The notes: generated by a model from the letters alone, not told the origin. A DNA stretch of 31,757 nt from Armatimonadota bacterium (GCA_031405735.1 JANNJE010000474.1:1-31757), one strand, 5' to 3'. Numbered from the stretch's first letter, positions 8,518 through 16,946 are shown. Made by a program: numbers and translations.

Positions 8518-10812
8518 CTAGAGCCCGACTGTGAATCGGAACATGTCAATTTTGAAGAATGCCAATGAAACGGTTTCCGCCGAACCGCGATCCATCGTGA
8601 GCCGAGCCCTCATTTCTCTGGTCGTGGAGTTCACGAACCTCGAAACGGTTCCGCTAACGGTTACAGTTCTTGTTGTATCTGTTGTGCGAAGAAAGCTTGT
8701 ATCAGCGACTTCCCATTGGCTGGTTGTCCAGTTCCAAAGTTCAACGGACTGGAATCGGCCATTGCGATCCCCAGCCGCCTCGATGTCGAGCTTCAATGTG
8801 CCAGGAGTCGTGATTGGCGCAAAGCCAGTCAAGGTTACTTGAGCCGGGAAACTCGAGGATGAGCCTGTCGTTTCGTTAACTCGATAGTACGAGTTATCCG
8901 ACGTTGCAACGCTGCCCACGGTTCCGCCACCACTTGAACCAAGATTAATCGTGATTGTTGACGGCGAAATCTTTCCGTTTGGAGGGCTCATGACGCTTGC
9001 AGGGAAATCCGTTCCTGTTCCAGGTTTGAATAGTCCAACACTTGCCGCGTTTGCCATAGGTGCAACATTTGCAGTAAACGTGAAGTTGTAAAGACCTCCG
9101 TACTTCAAGCTGTTGGCATTTGGATTTACCGCAAAGGTTTGAGTTGACCAAACGATCTCGCCATTTGCATAAGAACTTGACCAGTCGTTGCCAGGAAGTA
9201 TGTCTGTATCTCTGAACCCAACGTTTGTGACAGTCATGCCCGTCATCATCGGAATCTTGAGTTCTCGAATCTGCCGATCGCTCGTGTAATTGAACATGGA
9301 AAGTTCGTATTGCCAAAGCCCGCCGCCAAGTCGAATCGGATTGCAAGCAACATAAACCCACCCTTGATTGAGGCCGGATAGTTCAACTACGATTCTGCTT
9401 ACTGTAGCCAAAACGTCACCGGCACCGACGTTTTTCGATGCATTTATCATCGAAACGTATTGTTCGATAGCCGCTTTATCTGGAATAAATGCGCCGTTGT
9501 CTGCACAAGCCCAAGAAGAACCGTTCCATGCAATGTTCGCGAGTCGAACTCCAATTTGGTTTGCCAAGTTGAGGTCCTGCTCGCAAAGATAAAACGATTG
9601 ATACAAATACTGTCGAGATTCGCCACCAGGAATGATCAGGTCCGCATCTCGAACCTCAAGCCGGTTCTTATGGGCTGGGAGTGCTCCCGCTTGACCGCTA
9701 GTCAGTGAACGGGCGCCGTCTGGAGTTGCTCCGCCCGTTCCAACATCAAAGAATGAGCCAAATGCAGTCCAATGCCCTGTGAATGGATTCACTTCTGACC
9801 GTGGACCAAGATAATATCGGTCGCCATTGTTTCCGGTGCCGTATGTATCTGTAAGTCCAGGGCCTAGAAGAGTGCCCGTTCCGGGATTCTGGCCAACTCC
9901 ACAATTTGAATTTGTAGTGTTAGTAGCAAAGAAACCATGTTTCAAATAGGCTGACCCAATCTGCTCAATCCTGCCAAGCCGAACTCGGAAAAGGTCTTGA
10001 ACAATAACTGGATGCCTTTCGTTCATTGGAGAGAACCAGTCAATATTGGTTGATCCCTTATTACATGATGTGGTCAAAGTGGCCATACCGGTAATGCCGT
10101 TTGGATACGCGACGCCGTCTCTTCCCAATGATGCCAAACCACTCATATTGAATAGGTTTACGTCGGCGTTTACGTTATCTTCAAATCCACCGCCGCCGCC
10201 TTCGCCAATCTTAACTTCTTGGGTTGGTGCCACGTTTGCAAAAACCGTGAATCCACCTATCAGCAAACCTTCAGCTTCTGGCTTTCCGAGTGCCATTGCC
10301 GCTTCACGAGACAATTTCAAATCCGCCCATCCCATAGTCAAAATTCTGCGTTGAATATCGAAGAAGGTAATCGCGTGCTCCATGTCAAGCGAGGGAGCCA
10401 GTTCACCAACGAACCCGTCCCGAATGGCCAATGGTGAAGATTGAGTTGGTCCTATCGGCTTGACGCTCAAATTAAAGACAGGTACAGAAGTTTTTCCAGA
10501 CTTAATCGAAAATCCGCCCTTAACTCGCACTTTGCCGTCCATGTAATAGCCAAAAACTTGATTTTCGGTCATCACTTTCAGGTCAGACGTGGAGTCAACT
10601 TTGAATCCGTAGCCGCCTTCCATTGGCCAGTTCCCAAAAGCTGTTGGGGTCAGATTTGTAATTTCAAGTCCGTAAGCGCGAACATTGTCGGGCCAAAATT
10701 GAACAATCGCCGTACCGCCGGTAACTTTCCAAGGTACATCTTGTGCCGACGCAACTATTGCGCTGCCTAATACACAAAGACCGATACCCGCCTTAAATAA
10801 GTGTTTAACCAT
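8518..10812 (-). CDS. Secreted multidomain protein: N-terminal beta domain, central lysyl-oxidase-like domain, C-terminal ~150-aa domain shared with 13771-15240
   Basis: Sec signal ending ASA-Q; GAGGAG Shine-Dalgarno; Gly linker GEGGGGG; N-x-G, K-x-x-F and PGxxDTY motifs; S/T-rich C-terminal domain. The CDS is secure; the function is inferred. Confidence 0.85.
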   Translation of the reverse strand: MVKHLFKAGIGLCVLGSAIVASAQDVPWKVTGGTAIVQFWPDNVRAYGLEITNLTPTAFGNWPMEGGYGFKVDSTSDLKVMTENQVFGYYMDGKVRVKGGFSIKSGKTSVPVFNLSVKPIGPTQSSPLAIRDGFVGELAPSLDMEHAITFFDIQRRILTMGWADLKLSREAAMALGKPEAEGLLIGGFTVFANVAPTQEVKIGEGGGGGFEDNVNADVNLFNMSGLASLGRDGVAYPNGITGMATLTTSCNKGSTNIDWFSPMNERHPVIVQDLFRVRLGRIEQIGSAYLKHGFFATNTTNSNCGVGQNPGTGTLLGPGLTDTYGTGNNGDRYYLGPRSEVNPFTGHWTAFGSFFDVGTGGATPDGARSLTSGQAGALPAHKNRLEVRDADLIIPGGESRQYLYQSFYLCEQDLNLANQIGVRLANIAWNGSSWACADNGAFIPDKAAIEQYVSMINASKNVGAGDVLATVSRIVVELSGLNQGWVYVACNPIRLGGGLWQYELSMFNYTSDRQIRELKIPMMTGMTVTNVGFRDTDILPGNDWSSSYANGEIVWSTQTFAVNPNANSLKYGGLYNFTFTANVAPMANAASVGLFKPGTGTDFPASVMSPPNGKISPSTITINLGSSGGGTVGSVATSDNSYYRVNETTGSSSSFPAQVTLTGFAPITTPGTLKLDIEAAGDRNGRFQSVELWNWTTSQWEVADTSFLRTTDTTRTVTVSGTVSRFVNSTTREMRARLTMDRGSAETVSLAFFKIDMFRFTVGL

Positions 10813-10826
10813 TCAAAAAATACTCC

Positions 10827-10865
10827 TCAATGGGAAGTCAAACCTACCGCAAACTTCCCTATTGA
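10827..10865 (-). promoter_or_regulatory. 5' UTR hairpin abutting the Shine-Dalgarno of the 8518-10812 gene
   Basis: TCAATGGGAAGT (10827-10838) pairs with ACTTCCCTATTGA (10853-10865) with one bulge, and overlaps the first bases of GAGGAG. Confidence 0.45.
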
Positions 10866-10977
10866 AACGCCTTCGACTTCGCTCAGACACGCCTGAAACA
10901 ATTGTCGAACGGAATTCCCTCTATATTGACACGAAAAAGACTCATTTAGAGCCGTTATTTTCACCAGTACGTCGGTT

Positions 10978-13065
10978 TTAGAAGCCCGGAAGGTTCGGAA
11001 AAGTTTTCCAAGTTTCACCAAGCCATTTGTCAGAATTGGCTTTGGCCCCGATTGCCGCATAAATTCCAGCAAGAGGATAAGCCAGTTTTGGATGGCTCCG
11101 AGCGCGAGAAGTAAGCTCGGAAATGGCCCTATTTTCCAATTTCAAGCCAACCACTACCGAAAGAAAATCTGAAACTAATGAGAGATTGTGCGGATCAAAT
11201 TCGATCGCGATCAGGGCGTCTCGAAAGGCTTCCTCAGGTTTTCCCTTTGAAGCCAACAGTTGAGCCTTTGCTATCCAAGCAGCTCCAGATTCCCGCTTGA
11301 GCCGAATTGCCTGATCAAGTGAAGCAATGGCTTCATCGGCCCTTCCCATGGTTGCTCTTATTAGGCCGAGATTCAAATGTCCAACAGAATCTGTTGGGTT
11401 TTTCGAAACGTATAACTCTATCGCTTTGGCTCCTGATTCAAGTTCTCCAGATTGGGCCAACAGCATTCCCTGATTCAGTAAGTTCGAGAGGCGATCTGGG
11501 TCGGCGGAAACTGCGCGGTTGAACGCATCAAGCGCTTCCCTGTTTTTACCTAACCGCAACAACGACTCGGCGTATTCGGACCAGAGGGCTCCAAGGCCAG
11601 TTTTTGATTCGACCACAAGTCCAAATTCTCGTTGAGCCGTTTCAAAATCTCCCGCAATGTAGCTCAAATGTGCAAGCTGCAGCCTCGTGTTCGGACGATT
11701 TGAGTCCAACGTCAAAGCCTTTCGAAACTGTTTCTTTGCGGCTTCAAAATCACCGCGGAATTGAGCGGTTACGCCAAGTTTGTACTTCCACTCGGCGACA
11801 GGAAACAGAGCCATTGAGTCTGCCTTCAAAAAGCTTTCCTCCGCTGATTTTGCTAGGCTTGAGGCTTCAGTAGAGTTCGGATCCCTTTCCGATAGCGCAG
11901 TTGCAACCAATAACGCGCGAGTTCCTTCATGGGTGAAGTAGTTGACAATTCCGCTATGGACTGTGATTCCTGCGATTGCCAAGCCTAGCCCTATTCCGAA
12001 AATGCCTGTCTTCGTTAGACGACCCGTTCGTTTAAGCTGCCATCTTTGAACCCGCAAATCCTTCGAGTAAGCAAGTCTGCAAAACGACAAGAGCAAAAAG
12101 GCATTGATCGAAGAAAGCCCGACGCTCAGCAAGAACGGCACTGCGTCATATAGCCCGCGAAACGCGTAAAACGAACCAGCGAAGAAGGCAAAGAGCGCAA
12201 TTTCTTCGGGCATAGTAACGTCGTAATGCCTTTCGGCTCGTACTTTAGCAGTCTTCTCCGGAATCGGCGAGCCAAAGCCGTAATACAAGGCACCTTTTGG
12301 ACAAACGCTCACACAATCCATGCATTTCATGCACCCCGAATCGTGGACCATTTTGAAAACGGCAACTTCTTCATGAACCTTTATGTTCGAGGTGCATGCA
12401 GTCGTACAATGGCCGCACTGGTCGCAGTCGTCAGTCACCCGAATTCGCCCCGGCGCGACACGGTCCGCATGGTAGAAAATTCCGCCGTAAGGGCAAGCGT
12501 ATGTGCAAAATCCCTTGTTTCCAAGCAATATGACGATCAAGAATCCGCAAACGGAAAGGGTTAATAAGGCAATCTGCCAGTTCGGAAACGTTGCCCAGAA
12601 GTTCTCGGTTTGAAAATGCGCCGCCCATGCCGGATTCCCGTTTCCAGCCAGAATTCGAACTAGCGAAGGATAGGCAAACATGTAAAAGGCCGCAAACACA
12701 GGAATCCATACGAGCAACCTGGAGCGAAGCGGCTTCGGGCGAATCCCGACCTTCTTCAGCATCCAGGAGCAAAGGTCTTGCAATGCCACGACATGGCATC
12801 CCCAACCGCAAAACCACCTTCCAAAGATCAATGTGCTCAGGATGGCAAGGGCGAAGAACACGAACCCGGCGTTCACATATCCAAGCTCGAGCGTCTGCAT
12901 CGCCTCGCTGGGTTCAACGGGTGAAACCGTGCTGCCCGTCGCCTTCCAATGCCAAATGTGCAAAGCGACGAGCACATGAACCCCTATGAGCACCATCGCG
13001 CGCCACTTTCCCATCTTTGATGGGCGCGGCTTCGTTCCGGGCTGGATTACGTTGAGCTTCGCCAT
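10978..13065 (-). CDS. Polytopic membrane 4Fe-4S protein (NapH/MauN/CcoG-RdxA type) fused to a C-terminal TPR domain
   Basis: FCGWGCH and FCTYACPYG motifs, two ferredoxin motifs (CDQCGHCTTAC, CMKCMDCVSVCP), several TM helices, then about 6-7 TPR-like repeats. Confidence 0.88.
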   Translation of the reverse strand: MAKLNVIQPGTKPRPSKMGKWRAMVLIGVHVLVALHIWHWKATGSTVSPVEPSEAMQTLELGYVNAGFVFFALAILSTLIFGRWFCGWGCHVVALQDLCSWMLKKVGIRPKPLRSRLLVWIPVFAAFYMFAYPSLVRILAGNGNPAWAAHFQTENFWATFPNWQIALLTLSVCGFLIVILLGNKGFCTYACPYGGIFYHADRVAPGRIRVTDDCDQCGHCTTACTSNIKVHEEVAVFKMVHDSGCMKCMDCVSVCPKGALYYGFGSPIPEKTAKVRAERHYDVTMPEEIALFAFFAGSFYAFRGLYDAVPFLLSVGLSSINAFLLLSFCRLAYSKDLRVQRWQLKRTGRLTKTGIFGIGLGLAIAGITVHSGIVNYFTHEGTRALLVATALSERDPNSTEASSLAKSAEESFLKADSMALFPVAEWKYKLGVTAQFRGDFEAAKKQFRKALTLDSNRPNTRLQLAHLSYIAGDFETAQREFGLVVESKTGLGALWSEYAESLLRLGKNREALDAFNRAVSADPDRLSNLLNQGMLLAQSGELESGAKAIELYVSKNPTDSVGHLNLGLIRATMGRADEAIASLDQAIRLKRESGAAWIAKAQLLASKGKPEEAFRDALIAIEFDPHNLSLVSDFLSVVVGLKLENRAISELTSRARSHPKLAYPLAGIYAAIGAKANSDKWLGETWKTFPNLPGF

Positions 13066-13138
13066 AGTGCGAGGTTGAGATTACTCCAAACCGGGATTTG
13101 AAGGAAAAATTAGTAGATTGGACGAAACATAACGTACA

Positions 13139-13330
13139 ATGCAGGTACGGGACGTTTTGAAACGCTTGGCGCAAGACGGTTGGATTCTCGACAGGATGCG
13201 CGGCAGTCAGCGGCAATTCGTCCACCCGACCAAGCCAGGGTTGATTACTGTTGCTGGGCACGAGCGCGACGACGTTCACCCGAAAACACTAAATAGCATT
13301 TGGAAACAAGCAGGAATCGAAAGAGAATGA
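13139..13330 (+). CDS. hicA: HicA family toxin with Gln in place of the conserved His (GSQ instead of GSH)
   Basis: MQVRDVLKRL..DGW...R.RGS.RQFVHPTKPG.ITV.GH...D....TL.SI.KQAG is the HicA pattern; ATGA overlap with hicB. Confidence 0.9.
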   Translation: MQVRDVLKRLAQDGWILDRMRGSQRQFVHPTKPGLITVAGHERDDVHPKTLNSIWKQAGIERE

Positions 13331-13542
13331 CGCAATACGCAGTAGTTTTTGAAAAGGGAGAGCGCAATTGGTCGGCATTCGTCCCCGATCTTCCGGGTTG
13401 CGTGGCGACGGGAAGTTCTCGCGCAGAGCTTGAAGTGTCGATCCGTGAGGCAATCGAATTTCATATCGAAGGCTTGAAGTTGCACGGAGATCCAGTACCA
13501 GCACCAGTTTCTGAGGCTGGAAATATCAAGATTTCGGCGTAG
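13327..13542 (+). CDS. hicB: HicB family antitoxin (short form, no C-terminal DNA-binding domain)
   Basis: YAVVFEK...WSAFVPDLPGCVATG...E...IREAIEFHIEGL pattern. Start ATG 13327 overlaps the hicA stop. Confidence 0.9.
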   Translation: MTQYAVVFEKGERNWSAFVPDLPGCVATGSSRAELEVSIREAIEFHIEGLKLHGDPVPAPVSEAGNIKISA

Positions 13543-13726
13543 GATTAGCCCCATCCTTAACTTGGAAAAATGGATTGTTGCCGATCCCGACTTCTGGAAA
13601 ACGAAGATCGTTAGGGATGGAAGGTTATGTGTTCGTTGAGACCCTGAGACTGGAACTTCGCCGTAGCGGTCGCAAGAACCCAAAATTGTAAATTTCAAAA
13701 ACTTGGATAGTTTCTTACGAATGCCA

Positions 13727-13735
13727 TGCTATACT
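13727..13735 (+). promoter_or_regulatory. Extended -10 promoter (TGcTATACT) for the 13771 gene
   Basis: TG-n-TATACT lies 35 nt upstream of the ATG, with GAGGAGG in between. Confidence 0.5.
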
Positions 13736-13770
13736 CGCGATACTAGCTGGAATTGCTAGAGGAGGAAGAC

Positions 13771-15240
13771 ATGAGTCTCCAACTTGATCAATCACTCATA
13801 GTCGTGAAATTGGCGCGCATATTTGCAACCACTGCGCTATTTCTTGGCACTATATCCGCAGCCGATGCACAGTGGACGGTAGTAAACCTGCACTTTGAAT
13901 CTGCGTGGGGGTCAGGTGCTACCAGTGTAGATGCCGGCCAGCAAGCAGGCAGGGCCGATATGTCCGGTACTCATCCTATCCTTTGGACAGGTTCCGCCTC
14001 TACTTGGGTGGATTTGTTGCCGACAAACGCAACTAGCGGCTCAGTTTTTGGCACGAGTAACGGTCAGCAAGTTGGCAATGTTTATATGGGGATGGAGCTT
14101 GCCAGTCTTTGGACAGGCTCAGCAGCATCTTGGGTGAACCTGAATCCTCCGGGCGCTGTACGCTCTGTAGCTATGGACTGTAATGGTTCCGCGCAAGTCG
14201 GAGGCGTAAGTTTTGGAGGATTGGGGCACGCAGGAATTTGGAGTGGTACTGCCGCATCTTGGGTGAGTCTTCACCCCAGTGGTGCTTCTGGTTCCGGTGC
14301 TCGCGGGATGGATGATTTTCAACAGGTCGGAACTGCAAACGTTAGTGGTAATGCCCACGCAAGTTTGTGGAACGGTACGGCTGCTTCGTGGGTTGATTTA
14401 CATCCTGTTGGCGCGACGTACTCCGATGCATTCGCAGTGCATAGCGGACAGCAAGTCGGTGAGACGTTTTTCGGCGGTGTTCATGTCGCCAGCCTCTGGA
14501 GGAACACGGCCGCTTCTTGGGTGAATCTGAATCCAACATCGTCAACATGGTCTGCTGCGTCAGGCGTTTATGGGTCAGAGCAAGTAGGATCTGCCAAATT
14601 TGGCAACTATTTCCATGCCGGATTGTGGCGCGGAACCGCTGCATCTTGGGTTGATTTGCATTCATTTTTGCCAGCTTATTTTTATTCTTCTCAAGCCAGT
14701 GGTATCACTCGCAGCGGGGGCTTCACATATATAGTTGGACATGGTCAGAACACAATGACGAATCGCTATGAAGCCTTAGTCTGGGTAAGACAAGACGAGT
14801 TCCAACCGACCTCATACAACGTCCATCAGGGCTTAAACTTCGGTGGAAACCTAGGGTCGCTCCTGAACTCGGACGACAACAAGGTCTACGTCCTTTGCGA
14901 TGAATTCGATTCTGTTGGCGAAATCCAGTTCAACTCCACCCTTCCAGCAGGAACAGTGAGCCAGCTTAAATTCAAACACGAAGGCAGCGCATCAAGGAAC
15001 GACCTGAGCCAGTTTGTACGGATGTTCAACTACTCGACGAACGCCTACACCAACGTCAGCATCCAAAACTCGACCATTGTAGATTCGGTCGTCGAAGGGA
15101 CAATTACAACTGGAGCCGCGAGTTATGTTTCGGGTACCAGGGAAGTCAAATCCAGAGTTTTCTGGGTTCCCCAAGCGGATATTTCCAATGTTGACGGATG
15201 GACGCAAACGTGCGATCAGGCGATCTGGACGGTGAATTAA
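13771..15240 (+). CDS. Secreted ~43-aa repeat (probable beta-propeller) protein with the shared C-terminal domain
   Basis: Start moved to ATG 13771 after GAGGAGG; signal peptide ending ADA-Q; six copies of LWxGxAASWVxLxP, five followed by QVG, plus an N-terminal half repeat. Confidence 0.88.
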   Translation: MSLQLDQSLIVVKLARIFATTALFLGTISAADAQWTVVNLHFESAWGSGATSVDAGQQAGRADMSGTHPILWTGSASTWVDLLPTNATSGSVFGTSNGQQVGNVYMGMELASLWTGSAASWVNLNPPGAVRSVAMDCNGSAQVGGVSFGGLGHAGIWSGTAASWVSLHPSGASGSGARGMDDFQQVGTANVSGNAHASLWNGTAASWVDLHPVGATYSDAFAVHSGQQVGETFFGGVHVASLWRNTAASWVNLNPTSSTWSAASGVYGSEQVGSAKFGNYFHAGLWRGTAASWVDLHSFLPAYFYSSQASGITRSGGFTYIVGHGQNTMTNRYEALVWVRQDEFQPTSYNVHQGLNFGGNLGSLLNSDDNKVYVLCDEFDSVGEIQFNSTLPAGTVSQLKFKHEGSASRNDLSQFVRMFNYSTNAYTNVSIQNSTIVDSVVEGTITTGAASYVSGTREVKSRVFWVPQADISNVDGWTQTCDQAIWTVN

Positions 15241-15248
15241 GAGGCACG

Positions 15249-15446
15249 TTGGCAGGTAGTTTACAGGTGGTCGGCAAGTTGTTGGCACGTTGTCCGTTAT
15301 CGGTTGTCGGTTATTGGTTGTTATTTTTGGGCTATTAGTTATTGGTTATCGGAGATTGGTAGTTGTAATTGGCAATATGTCAACCACTTGCCAACCACAT
15401 GACGACCACCTGCAAACAACTTGCCAACCACCTGCAAACGCGCCCC
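15249..15446. repeat. Inverted 11-bp repeat array, element 1, with a 7-bp tandem-repeat core
   Basis: Four TTGGCAGGTRG-like units (15249-15292), a TYGGTTR heptamer run (15293-15362), five CCACYTGCMAA-like units (15384-15438), then CGCGCCCC. Confidence 0.9.
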
Positions 15447-16934
15447 TCAGCAATACTGAAACTCAGGACACCCGAAAAGCAGACGAAACATTGAGGCATA
15501 CATTTTGGCCGATGATTCAGGGCTGTTGAGGCTCACAGGGCCGCCGGCACGATCACAAGCTTGAGCCATAATCGTTAGCTGTTCGGCTGTGAGTTTGGCA
15601 TCAAATACAGTTGCCAACGAATTCGCTATCTCTTGGCTCGTTGCTACGCTTCCATGCGCTTTTAGCCGCAAAGTGACTGCGTTGGCAAGGCCGAAGTCTT
15701 GCTTGGGAGCGCCTCCAAGCATCAACAGGTCGGCCATCTGGATTCGCTTTGTCATCGAATCCGTGGTGATCCAAGCTGATCCCCATTCCCAACCATCAAC
15801 ATCGGGAGGATACAACAAGAGCATTCCTTGTTGAAAGGCGAGTCCCGTTACGCCGCCTGTGGCTTCGCGAAGAGGTTGGGCGATCGCCTTCATCGGAGAA
15901 GGGCTTGGGCCGTGAAGCAATGCCAGAAATTGCGATACTCCAAGTTGCCGAACAATAGAAACTGTGTACTCAATAGGAGATTTCACTCGTTGACGAACGC
16001 ACTTTTCGCTCCAAAATTCTGGAACTTTCGTCATTGCTCTCATAACTTCTTTGATGTTCTGCCCAGAATCCTGATAAGCCTTTGCAAGTCGTTCCACGAT
16101 TGCAGGAGCAGGGTCAGGATAGGCAAAAAAGCTCCACAATTTCTTCGCCAAGTATCTTGCCGTTTCTGGGCGAGCAGCCAGCATCTCGACCACTTGCTCG
16201 CCAGTCCAATTCTTCGTTTGCCCCAAAACAGTTTTTGTCCCCTGGTCGTGCAGGTCATCGCTGTAGCAATAGGAAAGCATCGGCCTTCCAGTTTTGATGC
16301 AGTCTTTAGCGACCTCCTGAACTTTCTCGCCTCCTTGTTCAAAGAGCAGATATCGAATTCCCCAGCCGGTAAACGCGCGCGATGCCTCTTTGATGTCCTG
16401 CTCTGTGTAATTCCCAATTCCAAGAGTGAAGAGTTCTAAGAGCTCTCTGCCAAAGTTTTCGTTTGGACGTCCCTTCTCGTTTGAAATGGTGTCGAGCCAT
16501 TGCATCATGGCAGGGTCCTTTGCCATTGCAAGCAGTAGCGTTTCGAACTTGCCTGCGCAGTTTTTTCGCAAGGCTTCCAGGTAACCCAGCATCGAAGGGC
16601 CCAATTCGACTTTCGTTGCACTTACAGCAAAATGATCATGCCAAAAGAGCGTCAGCTTTTCTTGGAGCGGCCGCTTGGTAAGCACCATTCGCAATCCCCA
16701 CCAGCTCACAACTCGGAATGGGTCGAGATAGACCTCATCTTTGCCTTCTTCGAAGCAAAACTCCCATGGACTTATGGGAAAGCCCTCATCCACGTTCTCA
16801 AAATTGAGCAGACTTTCAATCGCTCCGTCAACGCCAAGCTTCAGATAAGAGTCAATTTCCTCTGGCGTCGCGCCAAATCCAAATCGGCGCAGGAGGTGCG
16901 CGATCTTCTCGCGATCATCCAGAAAGGACTTCAT
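15447..16934 (-). CDS. DUF1800 family protein
   Basis: HLLRRFGFG, LQEKLTLFWHDHFA, PNENFGRELLELFTLG, KSP.E, PPDVDGW and C-terminal PEFQYC motifs. Confidence 0.92.
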   Translation of the reverse strand: MKSFLDDREKIAHLLRRFGFGATPEEIDSYLKLGVDGAIESLLNFENVDEGFPISPWEFCFEEGKDEVYLDPFRVVSWWGLRMVLTKRPLQEKLTLFWHDHFAVSATKVELGPSMLGYLEALRKNCAGKFETLLLAMAKDPAMMQWLDTISNEKGRPNENFGRELLELFTLGIGNYTEQDIKEASRAFTGWGIRYLLFEQGGEKVQEVAKDCIKTGRPMLSYCYSDDLHDQGTKTVLGQTKNWTGEQVVEMLAARPETARYLAKKLWSFFAYPDPAPAIVERLAKAYQDSGQNIKEVMRAMTKVPEFWSEKCVRQRVKSPIEYTVSIVRQLGVSQFLALLHGPSPSPMKAIAQPLREATGGVTGLAFQQGMLLLYPPDVDGWEWGSAWITTDSMTKRIQMADLLMLGGAPKQDFGLANAVTLRLKAHGSVATSQEIANSLATVFDAKLTAEQLTIMAQACDRAGGPVSLNSPESSAKMYASMFRLLFGCPEFQYC

Positions 16935-16940
16935 GGTAAC

Positions 16941-16946
16941 AGTTTA
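16941..16946 (-). promoter_or_regulatory. -10 box of a probable leaderless promoter (TAAACT-N6-ATG)
   Basis: TAAACT lies 6 nt before the DUF1800 ATG and there is no Shine-Dalgarno. Confidence 0.5.

Noticed and set aside
13276-13698. 140-aa minus-strand ORF over hicB
   Set aside because: Antisense to a well-supported hicAB pair with no recognisable motif.
13543-13700. Possible DUF433 remnant (KWIVADPDF...), a 24-aa ORF, or a structured RNA (CCATCCTTAAC/GTTAGGGATGG) after hicB
   Set aside because: The similarity is too weak to support by eye, and there is no convincing start or known RNA motif.
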